From a virus, in IMG/VR virus record IMGVR_UViG_3300027896_000011, positions 64,001-128,000 of that record: a stretch of 64,000 bases of DNA. One strand, 5' to 3'. Below are positions 20,044 to 30,306 of this stretch, piece after piece. Within the stretch, counting starts at the first letter, position 1. Every line of letters starts with the position of its first letter. The notes beneath the pieces are model-generated. The model did no database searches and was not told where the DNA came from. It saw nothing but the letters and a program-made list of their open reading frames with translations. The translations under genes and the position numbers were made by a program.

Positions 20044-21156
20044 GTGCTCACAGCTGGGCAGATAAAATATGCAGCTTTTAAAGCTGAGCTGTCCAAGTTA
20101 TCTGGTATTGTTGACTGGGTAGCTGAAAGACCCCTCACTTCTGCTGCATTAGGTGCTGCAGGGTCAGGTACTTATAAGCTTTTTAGGCATGGTCCGTGGG
20201 GAGAGAGTGGAAGGTCTATACCTGAAACCAGAGACATACAAAAATCCCAGATGCTAGAGGGTGCAGAACTAAAAAAAGCACTCAAAGATCAAAAAAGCCA
20301 TGCCTTAGCTGCTGAAGCTGCTGGGGCGGGTATAGGTGCAGCTGGAGTAGCTGGTGCAGGGCTGTTAGCTAATCAACATATACTTGGACCAAGTATTGTA
20401 AAAGCTGAAAAAGGATTAACCACCTCGCAGGAAGAGTTAGGGAACATGTTTACACGTGCGGGTAGTGATTTGACTGCACGTGGAGCCCCTATACCAAGAG
20501 CATTTGTGGCTCCTGATGGCGGATTAGATGTTGGGGTGCATATACCAAAAGGAGGTTATCAGCCTTCTTTTTTACGCAATTGGGAAGCTAGGCAAAATGC
20601 AGTACCAGTCGCAAAAGCGCTACAAATAACCCCAGAAGATGCTAAAAAATTAGTTCTTGATGCCATGAAGGGAACTGGGGCGGTAGTGCTGCCTGGAGGT
20701 GTAGGTCCTCATGTAGCTGCACACGAACTAGGACACTCATTATTTGGAGCTACCAGATTAGGTAAGGCTAGTAAGGCTTTACGTTTACCCGGCTACTTAG
20801 GAACAGCTGCTGGTACAGCTATGGCATCTTCAGCAGACCCTGACTCTACTACGTCAAAAGTTGCTCCATTAGTGGCAGCTGCAGGTATAGCTCCAGCTAT
20901 GGGTGAGGAGCTTGGAGCCTCATTAAAAGGGTTGAAGTTAATGAAGAATACTGGCTTTACCCCTGCGCAGCTTAGTACTGCACGTAAGCAAATGGGTAAG
21001 GCTTTTGGTACGTATGCAGCTGGAATAGGATTACCAGTAATTGCTGCTCCTTATATTATCCGCAAAGTTAGAGAGTATAATCGTAAACGCCGGGAAGAGA
21101 AGGGCATAGAGAGCCCTGGTGTATTGCAGAGCAGAATAGACGCTCTAGGAGAATGA
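20044..21156 (+). CDS. Membrane-associated zincin-type metallopeptidase with AAFKAELSKLSG leader
   Basis: VAAHELGHS (HExxH), downstream EELGAS, flanking hydrophobic helices. Confidence 0.65.
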   Translation: MLTAGQIKYAAFKAELSKLSGIVDWVAERPLTSAALGAAGSGTYKLFRHGPWGESGRSIPETRDIQKSQMLEGAELKKALKDQKSHALAAEAAGAGIGAAGVAGAGLLANQHILGPSIVKAEKGLTTSQEELGNMFTRAGSDLTARGAPIPRAFVAPDGGLDVGVHIPKGGYQPSFLRNWEARQNAVPVAKALQITPEDAKKLVLDAMKGTGAVVLPGGVGPHVAAHELGHSLFGATRLGKASKALRLPGYLGTAAGTAMASSADPDSTTSKVAPLVAAAGIAPAMGEELGASLKGLKLMKNTGFTPAQLSTARKQMGKAFGTYAAGIGLPVIAAPYIIRKVREYNRKRREEKGIESPGVLQSRIDALGE

Positions 21157-21434
21157 CCATGGATACTTTCCTTTCTGATTTATATGACCGGGGAATTGTT
21201 AAGGCAGCAGTAGCTGGACCTACTACTCCACCTTGTCCAGAAGCCTCTGCTGTAAAGTCTTTAGAAGCTGAAATTAAAGCACCGGCAAAGAAGGTCACTC
21301 CACCAGAGATACCTACTGCGGCGGAGAAGAAAGCAGAGATGGTTATTACTGCTATGAGGGCCACTAGAAATGTTCCTATACATATTAAGAAGGCAGCAGC
21401 TAAGTATTTGGGGCAGAAATTAGCAAGGAGATAA
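21153..21434 (+). CDS. Small hypothetical virion-module protein
   Basis: Coupled ORF. Confidence 0.5.
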   Translation: MTMDTFLSDLYDRGIVKAAVAGPTTPPCPEASAVKSLEAEIKAPAKKVTPPEIPTAAEKKAEMVITAMRATRNVPIHIKKAAAKYLGQKLARR

Positions 21435-21438
21435 GATC

Positions 21439-21780
21439 ATGGATTTCCTAACAAAGTTGTACGCGGAAGAAAAAGAGAAGAATGCTAGTGCAGAGCTCGA
21501 GCAGCTCTATAAGCAGATGTCTGTCTCTCAACTAGAAGATGTTCTTGGAATTAAGACAGCTGGTAATGTTAAAGATTTGGCTTTGGCATCCCTACTAGGT
21601 AGTGCTGCAGTAGGGGGTACTAGTGCTTTAGTAGATAAAGAACATGTAGGTCGAAATGCTCTAATAGGTGCTGGATTAGGTGCTGGTGGTATGGCTGCTG
21701 GTAAGATGATAGGCAAAGGAATGGTTGGGTTAACAAATCGTCATCTTAGAGATGCAGCGGCAAAATTAGCTAAGAAATAA
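21439..21780 (+). CDS. Small glycine-zipper protein with K-x-A motifs
   Basis: AAGGAG RBS; EKNAS, KTAG, GAGLGAGG. Confidence 0.55.
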   Translation: MDFLTKLYAEEKEKNASAELEQLYKQMSVSQLEDVLGIKTAGNVKDLALASLLGSAAVGGTSALVDKEHVGRNALIGAGLGAGGMAAGKMIGKGMVGLTNRHLRDAAAKLAKK

Positions 21781-22695
21781 ATGGCTCAGAATCTCACATT
21801 CATAAATACTAAAATCCGAAGCTTCTCTTTGGATTTTCTGGAAGTCCTATGGGAGATCGAAGATACCAATATCGACCCCCTAGACTACCAGCTTTATGTA
21901 TTGAGATCAGAGTCCCCCATGGGTCCGTTCGATACTATTGCCGGACCATTTGAAGACAAATATCGCTTTGTAGATAATCATGTAAACCTACTGCATAGAT
22001 GGCGGCAGATATACTACAAGATTAGAAGTGTTCAGAAGGTTGATCAAAACAACTTCGTAGAGTCTGAACCCTTTACCTTTGCCAATAATCCGGATTTGAT
22101 TGGACAAGAGATTCAACGTCTCGAACGCTTAGTATGGAGCGAATACGCTGGTAATAAGTGTTTTGTCTTTCCTGTCCGGACATTTGGTAAGAGATGCCAG
22201 AATTGTTACGATGGCCCGGAAAAAGGTAAAGGGTTCACTAGTCAGCGTAGACGAAGTAATTGTTTGAGTTGTTTTGATACAACATATACTCGTGGGTATT
22301 ACGATCCAATCGAAATATACATGCAGATAGATCCTAGCTCTAAATCCATACAGAACTTAAAAGTAGGTGAGCGAGGACAAACTGATACTACAGCTAGATT
22401 ACCTAACTTCCCATTGATGAAGCCTCGAGATTTGATAGTTGAGGCCAATAACATTAGATGGCGTGTAGTAAAGGTCACTCCGACGGAGAGAATGAGGTCA
22501 GTAGTACATCAAGAACTCGTACTTCATGAAATTGTAAAAGGTGATATAGAGTACCAGCTTCCCATTCGTATAGATGACTTGAGAAGCTTTGAACCTAGTC
22601 CTGCTAGAAACTTCTTGAATCCTCAAGATTTGCAGGCATTTGAAGAACAAGCTATTAATGATATTTACGCTGTGTACGGGATGAGAATGCCATGA
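21781..22695 (+). CDS. Putative neck/head-closure protein with CxxC pairs
   Basis: RCQNCYD and CLSCFDT; upstream of tail terminator and sheath. Confidence 0.5.
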   Translation: MAQNLTFINTKIRSFSLDFLEVLWEIEDTNIDPLDYQLYVLRSESPMGPFDTIAGPFEDKYRFVDNHVNLLHRWRQIYYKIRSVQKVDQNNFVESEPFTFANNPDLIGQEIQRLERLVWSEYAGNKCFVFPVRTFGKRCQNCYDGPEKGKGFTSQRRRSNCLSCFDTTYTRGYYDPIEIYMQIDPSSKSIQNLKVGERGQTDTTARLPNFPLMKPRDLIVEANNIRWRVVKVTPTERMRSVVHQELVLHEIVKGDIEYQLPIRIDDLRSFEPSPARNFLNPQDLQAFEEQAINDIYAVYGMRMP

Positions 22696-23285
22696 TTAAT
22701 GCAGCATTTTTTGATGAGCTAGAGAAAATCTCTGCTGTTCTCTCTTTACAGCATCGAGAAAGCCTACCCTCTAAGAGTTTTGCTGTTCCAGAAAGAACGG
22801 CTAAGCGTATTGGGGTAGCTAATGAAATTCAAGGTGAGTCTAAAGGTAAATACCCGATTCATGATAGTTCACATGCTCGAGCAGCTCTTAGAATGGTAGC
22901 CATGCATGGTACTCCTCAAGAGAAAGAACTTGTCCGGGCAAAGGTTAGAGCAAAATATCCAGAGATTGGACAAAAGACAGCAGCTATGTTCGATGAGCTC
23001 AGCAAGATAGCAGAGGAGGCTGGCGAAGGTCCGGGTGGCCCTTTCGTTACTAAGGATAGGCTTAAGAGACTTGGAATAGCCTCTCTTCATACTGCTGGGG
23101 GCGCTGGTCTTGGTTGGGCTACTGGTGAAGCTATTAAACGGTGGATAGATAAGTCACCTAAGAGACAGAACATATATGGCAAAGTTCTTCCAACTTTAAC
23201 TGGAGCAGCGGCATTAACAGCCTATCTACACAGGCATCACACAGATAATTATATCCGTCACGGGAAGAAGAAAAAAGATGTCTGA
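22692..23285 (+). CDS. Two-segment protein with duplicated leader motif and DUF6582-like domain
   Basis: AFFDELEKIS and AMFDELSKIA; RESLPSKSFAVP..KYPIHDSSHARAAL (family recalled from memory). Confidence 0.55.
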   Translation: MINAAFFDELEKISAVLSLQHRESLPSKSFAVPERTAKRIGVANEIQGESKGKYPIHDSSHARAALRMVAMHGTPQEKELVRAKVRAKYPEIGQKTAAMFDELSKIAEEAGEGPGGPFVTKDRLKRLGIASLHTAGGAGLGWATGEAIKRWIDKSPKRQNIYGKVLPTLTGAAALTAYLHRHHTDNYIRHGKKKKDV

Positions 23286-24102
23286 GACGACTAGTGGACG
23301 TATTTTTACCTCTGAAGAGAATGATATCTCTTGGGGTAACGATCCGTTAAACTATCTAGTCCGTGTATTCATTGCCTTCTTGCAAACTATATGGGAGTCC
23401 GCTCCTCGAGGGGCTTTTCATTGGACTCCTTACGCGGAAGACACTGAAATTGTGATTACTGAGGAGAATCCAGTACACACAGAGACTATGGAGAAGCGTC
23501 CTACTTTGATCGTTTCTCTTGGTCCTACTAGATTTAATGGTACGACGTTAGATGATCTGTCTGGATTGAATCTGCATAATTCCGCAGAGAAGCATACAGA
23601 CTTAATGCCTACCAACGTCACTATCTTTTGTGTATCTCGTGTTCCTTCTGAAGCTAGATTTCTTGCTTGGCAGAATGCCAGGATGATCTGGTCTATGAGG
23701 AAACTCTTTATCGCGGAAAAGGGGATACAAGATTGTGGTAGACGGAATGAAATAGGGTCTGTGACGCCTGCTGGAACGTTGGTGGTGGGTGATACTGAAG
23801 CAGAGTGGTCGGCATGCTCCGTTACGGTGCCTGTGTACATGCAGTGGAGTGATTTGGTGACACCGTTGAAGTATGAAGTCGACGGGCATCAGATATATAA
23901 ATTAGAGCATATTAAATTAGCATTTCGGGGACGGATGAAAGAAGTAAGCGCTTCCCTCGGCCTCCCTCAGTCTGGTAATGATAGTAATATGCAAAGGTGG
24001 TCCGCTGGTACGGAAGATAGAGTACCAACCGTATGTACGGGAGGTAGTCTTCGGCCACCTATGATCAATGGAAGAGTTATTCAGCAGACAAAGGTTAAAT
24101 AG
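23278..24102 (+). CDS. Putative tail terminator/completion protein
   Basis: Immediately upstream of the sheath gene. Confidence 0.45.
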   Translation: MSETTSGRIFTSEENDISWGNDPLNYLVRVFIAFLQTIWESAPRGAFHWTPYAEDTEIVITEENPVHTETMEKRPTLIVSLGPTRFNGTTLDDLSGLNLHNSAEKHTDLMPTNVTIFCVSRVPSEARFLAWQNARMIWSMRKLFIAEKGIQDCGRRNEIGSVTPAGTLVVGDTEAEWSACSVTVPVYMQWSDLVTPLKYEVDGHQIYKLEHIKLAFRGRMKEVSASLGLPQSGNDSNMQRWSAGTEDRVPTVCTGGSLRPPMINGRVIQQTKVK

Positions 24103-24111
24103 GAGGCCATT

Positions 24112-27100
24112 ATGGCTACTGAGCTTCTACAACCAGGCGTAACAGTTATTCAAGAGTTTCGTACTGTCAGCCCTACTATCGTAACTCCTACATTGGTTCC
24201 GTGCGCTGTTGCGCCAGCATTCCAAATTGTAGATGCTATGACGACTAATGCTGCGGGCAGTCAGGTAGCAAATTCTGAAGCTGTTGTATCTGTTCCCGCC
24301 GTGTTGGTATCTACTTCAGCAGCGCCTTATGCGTCTATGAACGCTAAGGTGTTGAGTGTAAGTATCAACAATGGGCCTACGCAGTCATTTACTTTTTCAG
24401 ATCCTACTAGCGCCGGTCTAGACGCTGGTCAAATCTGTGATCAGATTGCTTCTCAATCTCCTGCTGGTTTTGGTGCATATGTAGTTACTAAAAATACAAC
24501 TACTTATGTACAGCTGCGTACTACAGCTAGCGGGGATGGACAATATCTAAAGATATTAGCAGGTACTGCTAATTCAGTACTTGGATTCGCGGAGGGATAC
24601 CAAGTTGAAGGTGTGTCTAGCTACAAACAAACACACGTTCGTATTGAACAACTGAATTTCCCAGACCCTAGGGGAATTGCAGATGAGATGGCAGTCAATA
24701 CTGACTCTATCAGAGCTTTTATCAATACCGGTAAAGCTCTTAAAGAAGTATTCCGTACTGAAAGCTTTTTGCGGAATAAGAAGGAGACTACCTATACCTC
24801 TGGTGTAGATGTTACCTTCCCAGGTGGTGGTCTCTCTGGTCTGACTTTTATCTTCCAGCAAGGTCTACAAGGGGCAGCTACTACTTATACCTTCACTACT
24901 AGTCCGGCTACTGTTGACAATCTAGTCACAGCTATGAATACCCTATTGGGTACTGCTGCTACTATGTCAGCCTCCGGAAATAAGGTAGTACTAACTTCTG
25001 AACAAGGTTACATTAAGATAGGTGCAGGCACAGCTAACACTTATTTAGGTTGGACTGCAAATGCAGAAGCCTATACGCTCATTGTTGTTGATGACGGTGA
25101 TGGCGACTCAACCAGCCCTCTAATTAAAGTAGCACAAGATAATTTTACAGCTACTGCAGGATACGCCAGTATAACTGGCACTACTACTATCAGTACAGAA
25201 GTAGCAGTCAATAATCTTACACTTCAAGTGTCTAATGATGGTTCTGCAATGCAAGAGATTGCATTTAGCGCTGGTCCAATTTCAGGCTCAACAGGCGGAG
25301 TATCTACTGCTCTTGATGGCAAATCTTTGTTCTTTACAGTTAATGGAACACATAAAACTTGTACATTCTCTACCCCAGCAACTCTAGCTGCTGCAGTAAC
25401 ACAAATCAATACGGCTGCTGGTACAACGGTTTGTTACCTTACTAATACGGATAAAGTTAATTTCCAAGTTGGTGGAGCAACTCCAACTTTGGGTGGTGAT
25501 TTTACTCTTGTATATGGTGGTACGGCTAATGAAGATACCGTTTACGGTGCTCTTAATATTGATGCTCTAGTAAGCACTCCTACTCCGTCGGTTGTCTATC
25601 AGACACTCAGTCTAGCTGAGATCATAACTGCAATTAACACCGTCATGGGTGCTGGATTTGCTTCTAATGCTACTAATAAGCTGAAGCTCACCTCACCAAT
25701 CACTGGTGCAGAATCTGAAGTTCGTATTGGTCGTGGTACTGCCAATACAATCCTAGGACTCGTCAATGATGCTTATGCTAACGGTTATCCCTTCCCACCA
25801 AAGGTAGGAGATGATGTTTACGCTGATGGCGTATTCATCGGTAAGGTGTCTGTCATAGCTCCGGGAGCTGTAACAACAACTTTGAAACTCGATAGAGAAC
25901 TGGCTCTCACTTTCGTAGCACAAGCTATGTATATTGAATCAGTTAATATACCAAGTAGCTTGCCTGCCGATAGACCAACACCAAACTTGGTAATAGACCT
26001 ATCTGGTGCTGTTCTTGTCAAACAGGGAATCCTACGTGATACAGAGGGTTTTGCTTTGGCAAATGCCTCTGGAGCTTTGATGATAGCTTACAAGGCTCTA
26101 CGTCTAGATGTTACTTCTCAGGCTAGTAAACCAGCTCTATTAAACTTCTCGGACATCACTACACTCGAAACAGCTCTATCTCCTCTTAATGTAGATAATC
26201 CACTTGGATTGATGCTCTATTTCATGATGCTTAATGCACCAGGAGTGACGATTTCTGGTATAGGTGTCAATGAGGTGAGCGCTGCTAATCCAGATGGTAC
26301 CGTAGCTGGTTACTCTGGAGCTTTAGCCTTCCTAGAGCCACAAGAAGTATATGCTCTTGCTCCTGCTTCACAAGATTCAGTGGTCCATCAAACATGTGCT
26401 ACCCACGTAACAGCTATGTCAGAGCCTGAAGCTGGTGGAGAGCGAGTTGTGTTTATTAATCCCGCAATGCCAGATGAAGATTTGCCTACTCTAGTAGGTA
26501 GTGGTGATGGGGATAGCCTTCCATCTACCAATTGGTTTGATACTCATGTATCTAGCTTGGCAGCAGACCTGCTAGCAAAAGGTATTAATCCAGTAGGCAC
26601 TATCCCTGTGAGCGCTGGGTTATATCTAACAGTGGCCGGAAGTACAAAACACTATAATATTGCTCAGATATCTGGTACTCGAGTACTTGTACGTGTTGCT
26701 TTCTCTGCCGGAGATAACACAGATGGGTTCTATTCGATTACTAATCTGTCCGGAAGTTTAATTGGTACTGCATTCTCGCTATACATTCGTGGAACGGCTT
26801 TAGTAACTTCTACTGGTTTGCCGGATTATGAACGTATAGCATTAGCGTACCAAAAAATGGGACAGACATACTTGAATCGTCGGGTACGTATGGTTGCCCC
26901 GGAGAAAGTGGGAGCAACAATTAATGGTACAGAAGAGCTCATTCCTGGGTATTACCTCTGCAGCGCTCTAGCAGGTATGGTAGGCCAATTACCTCCACAA
27001 CAGGGCTTTACGAACTATCCTATTACTGGCTTTACTCGAGCAGTAGGTTCGAATGAGGTGTTTAGCCGGAGACAAATGAATGTAGGAGCTGCTGGGGGTA

Positions 27101-27465
27101 CGTGGTGGGTAACTCAGAGTACTGCTGGGGCACCACTGCAGACACGTATGCAAGTTACTACGGACTTAACGAGTATTGAGACTCGTGAGCATTCGATCAC
27201 AAGCATTGTAGACTTTGTGGCAAAGTTTATGAGGGTTGGATTGAGGAACTTTATTGGTCGGTTCAATATCACTCACTCATTCTTAGACTCGTTGTCTACG
27301 GTAGTACAGGGGCAGCTTGGGTTCCTTCGTGATGCAGGCATCTTGGTAGGTGGGGATTTGAATAATATTGTTCAAGATTCTACATCACCCGACAGCGTCA
27401 ACATAGATGTCACCTTGGATGTCCCCTACCCATGTAATTATATACGCCTCGTAATAACCATCTAA
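24112..27465 (+). CDS. Contractile tail sheath protein with large internal insertion domains
   Basis: N-terminal LLQPGVTVIQE; C-terminal REHSITSIVDFVAK...PYPCNYIRLVITI typical of sheaths. Confidence 0.85.
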   Translation: MATELLQPGVTVIQEFRTVSPTIVTPTLVPCAVAPAFQIVDAMTTNAAGSQVANSEAVVSVPAVLVSTSAAPYASMNAKVLSVSINNGPTQSFTFSDPTSAGLDAGQICDQIASQSPAGFGAYVVTKNTTTYVQLRTTASGDGQYLKILAGTANSVLGFAEGYQVEGVSSYKQTHVRIEQLNFPDPRGIADEMAVNTDSIRAFINTGKALKEVFRTESFLRNKKETTYTSGVDVTFPGGGLSGLTFIFQQGLQGAATTYTFTTSPATVDNLVTAMNTLLGTAATMSASGNKVVLTSEQGYIKIGAGTANTYLGWTANAEAYTLIVVDDGDGDSTSPLIKVAQDNFTATAGYASITGTTTISTEVAVNNLTLQVSNDGSAMQEIAFSAGPISGSTGGVSTALDGKSLFFTVNGTHKTCTFSTPATLAAAVTQINTAAGTTVCYLTNTDKVNFQVGGATPTLGGDFTLVYGGTANEDTVYGALNIDALVSTPTPSVVYQTLSLAEIITAINTVMGAGFASNATNKLKLTSPITGAESEVRIGRGTANTILGLVNDAYANGYPFPPKVGDDVYADGVFIGKVSVIAPGAVTTTLKLDRELALTFVAQAMYIESVNIPSSLPADRPTPNLVIDLSGAVLVKQGILRDTEGFALANASGALMIAYKALRLDVTSQASKPALLNFSDITTLETALSPLNVDNPLGLMLYFMMLNAPGVTISGIGVNEVSAANPDGTVAGYSGALAFLEPQEVYALAPASQDSVVHQTCATHVTAMSEPEAGGERVVFINPAMPDEDLPTLVGSGDGDSLPSTNWFDTHVSSLAADLLAKGINPVGTIPVSAGLYLTVAGSTKHYNIAQISGTRVLVRVAFSAGDNTDGFYSITNLSGSLIGTAFSLYIRGTALVTSTGLPDYERIALAYQKMGQTYLNRRVRMVAPEKVGATINGTEELIPGYYLCSALAGMVGQLPPQQGFTNYPITGFTRAVGSNEVFSRRQMNVGAAGGTWWVTQSTAGAPLQTRMQVTTDLTSIETREHSITSIVDFVAKFMRVGLRNFIGRFNITHSFLDSLSTVVQGQLGFLRDAGILVGGDLNNIVQDSTSPDSVNIDVTLDVPYPCNYIRLVITI

Positions 27466-27509
27466 TATTACATTAAATCATGGTATAAGTACCACAGAGG
27501 TATTTATCC

Positions 27510-28352
27510 ATGAACAAAAGACATCCAGGAAAACAAAAGAAAACAGATTACGGCCTTTGTAAGATGGAAGGGTGCACAAACACTACAGAAAATGGTGCGT
27601 TCGGATTTTGTCGAACGCACTATATGGCTTGCCGTCGTGGTCAAATAGACCGCAATGGGCAATTTCTGTATGAACCTAAACGGGTAAGAAGTTATGGTGT
27701 TGGTGCTCGTTGTCTAGTTCCTGAATGTGGTAATAGACCTAAAGGGCTAGGTTTATGTGCTACACACTACCAACAGCGTAGTAATGGAATAGACCTAGGT
27801 ATAGAAATTCCAAATGGTGGCTATTCAAAGGAACAACCCAGTTATGAGGGCGTATCGTGCGTAGTGAATGGTTGCTTAAAACGCCCGATAAATAAAGGTA
27901 TGTGTAGTAGGCATACTGAGCAAAGACGGGCTGGGATTATAGATCAGCAAGGTATTCCGCTTCGGGAACTGATGCCTAATGGGCGAAAAAGAGAACGTGA
28001 AAACTGGGTGGGAAGCACTCGAGACGGTTATATCCTTCGTACTGCTCCAGATGGGCATCCGCACGCTAGAGCAGATGGAACCATTTTAGAACATCGTTTG
28101 GTTATGGAGAATCAGTTAGGGCGGTGTTTAGAAGAGTGGGAAATTGTCCACCATAAGGACGGCAATAGAGCGAATAACGACATCCATAATTTAGAGCTAG
28201 TGGATGGTAGGGCGGGGATTGGGACTAGACACCACCCAGGTCATGACTTTGACCTGCTTACTGCGGCCCAAGTCATTGCCCAGAATAAAGACACATTACC
28301 AACTGCAATACTTGAGACCTTAAAAGGCATTCTCAACAAAGGAACTAATTAA
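27510..28352 (+). CDS. Free-standing HNH homing endonuclease with N-terminal Cys/His repeats
   Basis: EHRLVME...VHHKDGNRANNDIHNLEL; three C-x4-C...C-x2-H repeats. Confidence 0.85.
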   Translation: MNKRHPGKQKKTDYGLCKMEGCTNTTENGAFGFCRTHYMACRRGQIDRNGQFLYEPKRVRSYGVGARCLVPECGNRPKGLGLCATHYQQRSNGIDLGIEIPNGGYSKEQPSYEGVSCVVNGCLKRPINKGMCSRHTEQRRAGIIDQQGIPLRELMPNGRKRERENWVGSTRDGYILRTAPDGHPHARADGTILEHRLVMENQLGRCLEEWEIVHHKDGNRANNDIHNLELVDGRAGIGTRHHPGHDFDLLTAAQVIAQNKDTLPTAILETLKGILNKGTN

Positions 28353-28360
28353 AATGCCTA

Positions 28361-28385
28361 GAAAAGCCCTCTGGCTTTTCTTTTA
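28361..28385 (+). terminator. Intrinsic terminator after the HNH gene
   Basis: GAAAAGCC-CTCT-GGCTTTTC followed by TTTT. Confidence 0.6.
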
Positions 28386-28419
28386 GCCCTCAACCGGATT
28401 CGGTATAAGGAGAATTGAT

Positions 28420-29142
28420 ATGAGCAACTTTTCAGACTGGAAGCCATACGAGAGATTCGTTCAAGAGGGCATGAGTGACGGCAAGTTCCTTAATGCCGGA
28501 TTTACCCTTCTGTGTGCAGGTCCTCCACGATTGGCAAATATGGGAGGAGCAACAGGTTTGGGTGCTGCTGCCTCATCTGCAGCAATAGATCAACTTGTTT
28601 ACCCAATCGGCGTCATTCAAAATGTTAACCTGTCACACAATAGACAGTTTAGCCGGATATTCGAAGTAGGTTCTGAACGTTCTTACTTTATCTCCGGCAG
28701 AACTGTTGGACAAATGGCTATCAGTCGTATCCTCTATCATGGTCCTAGTTTGCTACGCGTACTCTATGCATATTATGCAGATACTGTAGCCCCATTTGTT
28801 ATGCAATCACTATTCCCCAATGTGGGTGTCTCTTCGTTCGCAAACCCACATGATGTAATCATCCCTCCAGGATATGATAATCTGTTTGTCAATTTGGCTT
28901 CAGATTTGTTTAATCAACCTATTGGGTTGATGATGTACATCAAAGATTCAGATCAATCTACCTACGGTGCTGTGTACCTTGAAGGCTGCTATATCCCAAA
29001 TCATACTTGGGCAACTGATGCACAGGGTGTCTTGATTCAAGAATCTGCGGCTGTTCAGTTTGAACGAGCTGTTCCAGTAGCTGTAACCGCTGTAAGTCTT
29101 CTTACTTCTGGAGCTACTGCTATCGCCGGGGCTACAGTATAA
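28420..29142 (+). CDS. Tail tube protein (putative)
   Basis: Follows the sheath; PIGVIQN..RIFEVGS..YFISGR..YLEGCYI..LIQESAAVQFER pattern. Confidence 0.7.
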   Translation: MSNFSDWKPYERFVQEGMSDGKFLNAGFTLLCAGPPRLANMGGATGLGAAASSAAIDQLVYPIGVIQNVNLSHNRQFSRIFEVGSERSYFISGRTVGQMAISRILYHGPSLLRVLYAYYADTVAPFVMQSLFPNVGVSSFANPHDVIIPPGYDNLFVNLASDLFNQPIGLMMYIKDSDQSTYGAVYLEGCYIPNHTWATDAQGVLIQESAAVQFERAVPVAVTAVSLLTSGATAIAGATV

Positions 29143-29147
29143 AATAG

Positions 29148-30179
29148 GTGGTAATGCGCCTATTATCCCAAAATGAGGTCCTTGAGAAAACAGCAGCCCT
29201 AGAGGCTGCTGAAGACCTTGGAAAAATACTGTCACATAAGTGGCATGATCATATTGCAGGAGGCTTAGCTGATAAACGGTCTCCTGCAGATTTCCCCCGA
29301 GAAGACCTACTCAAGGGTATGATAGTAGAGATGGAACACACAAGTGACCCATCTGTAGCTTGTGAAATAGCTATGGACCACTTGGTAGAGGACCCTCACT
29401 ACTATAACCACGAACAGGACATGGCTAAAGAAGTACAAGATAAACTAGGTTACATTCTTCCCCGCGAAGATAGTGCCATTAAGTTAGCCGAGCTCATGGG
29501 CATTCAATTGGCCGGAATGACAAAGGAAGCTATTCCTAATCCTTTTTCAGCCATAAGAGGTATCGGTTCAAGACTGTTAGGAAGAACTGCGCCTAAGGTA
29601 GTAGGGAATGTTTTAGGTCGTGAGACAGAACAAGTAGCGGGTAGAGCATTAGCTGGGAATGTCCTACCGTCAGTTAGCGGAGAGATGGGGGCTAAGGCTA
29701 TTAGACCTGGAGCTGTTCCAGGCACACATCTACGTGCGGGGGCTAATGAGACAACACTAGCAGCACAAGCTAAAGCACGTCCTATTAAGAATAATATCCA
29801 AACAGATTTACCCAATGCAGCACCTGCTGCACCTGTTCCTGGTAGTGTTGAGCATTTTAAAGCAGTTAATAGAGCAGACCCAACAGAAGCTGCTATGCGT
29901 GCTGGTGCAGTAGTTCCTCATTCGCCCGGCTCTGTAGTACCTAATCCAAAGGGTACAGGACCGGATGTGAAGAGGTTTGGTTGGGGTAAGGCTGCATTAG
30001 GTGCAGGTGCTCTTGGTGCTGGTTACGCAGCTTATAAGGGTATTCCTTGGGCAGCTAATAAGCTGGAAGAGACTAGTGCAATGCCTTTGGCATATGGTGG
30101 TGGTTGGTCAGCTACCCCTTATGGATACGGCAATACTCCTTATGGCCCCGGAACTGCGACGATGGGTTATGGGGTCTGA
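29148..30179 (+). CDS. DUF5661-like domain protein with K-x-A motifs and C-terminal glycine zipper
   Basis: LLKGMIVEMEHTSDPSVACEIAMDHLVEDPHYY; EKTAA, IKLAE, TKEAI. Confidence 0.55.
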   Translation: MVMRLLSQNEVLEKTAALEAAEDLGKILSHKWHDHIAGGLADKRSPADFPREDLLKGMIVEMEHTSDPSVACEIAMDHLVEDPHYYNHEQDMAKEVQDKLGYILPREDSAIKLAELMGIQLAGMTKEAIPNPFSAIRGIGSRLLGRTAPKVVGNVLGRETEQVAGRALAGNVLPSVSGEMGAKAIRPGAVPGTHLRAGANETTLAAQAKARPIKNNIQTDLPNAAPAAPVPGSVEHFKAVNRADPTEAAMRAGAVVPHSPGSVVPNPKGTGPDVKRFGWGKAALGAGALGAGYAAYKGIPWAANKLEETSAMPLAYGGGWSATPYGYGNTPYGPGTATMGYGV

Positions 30180-30306
30180 TTGATTCCCGGATAGGTAGTG
30201 ACCTCAGCCCACTGTTTATCCGGTACATCCCCACAGCATGTATTCGGCCATGACTGTGGGGGTCTTTGTTACAGGGCTAAGAAAAGGCTTAATAGCCTTC
30301 CCTTAA

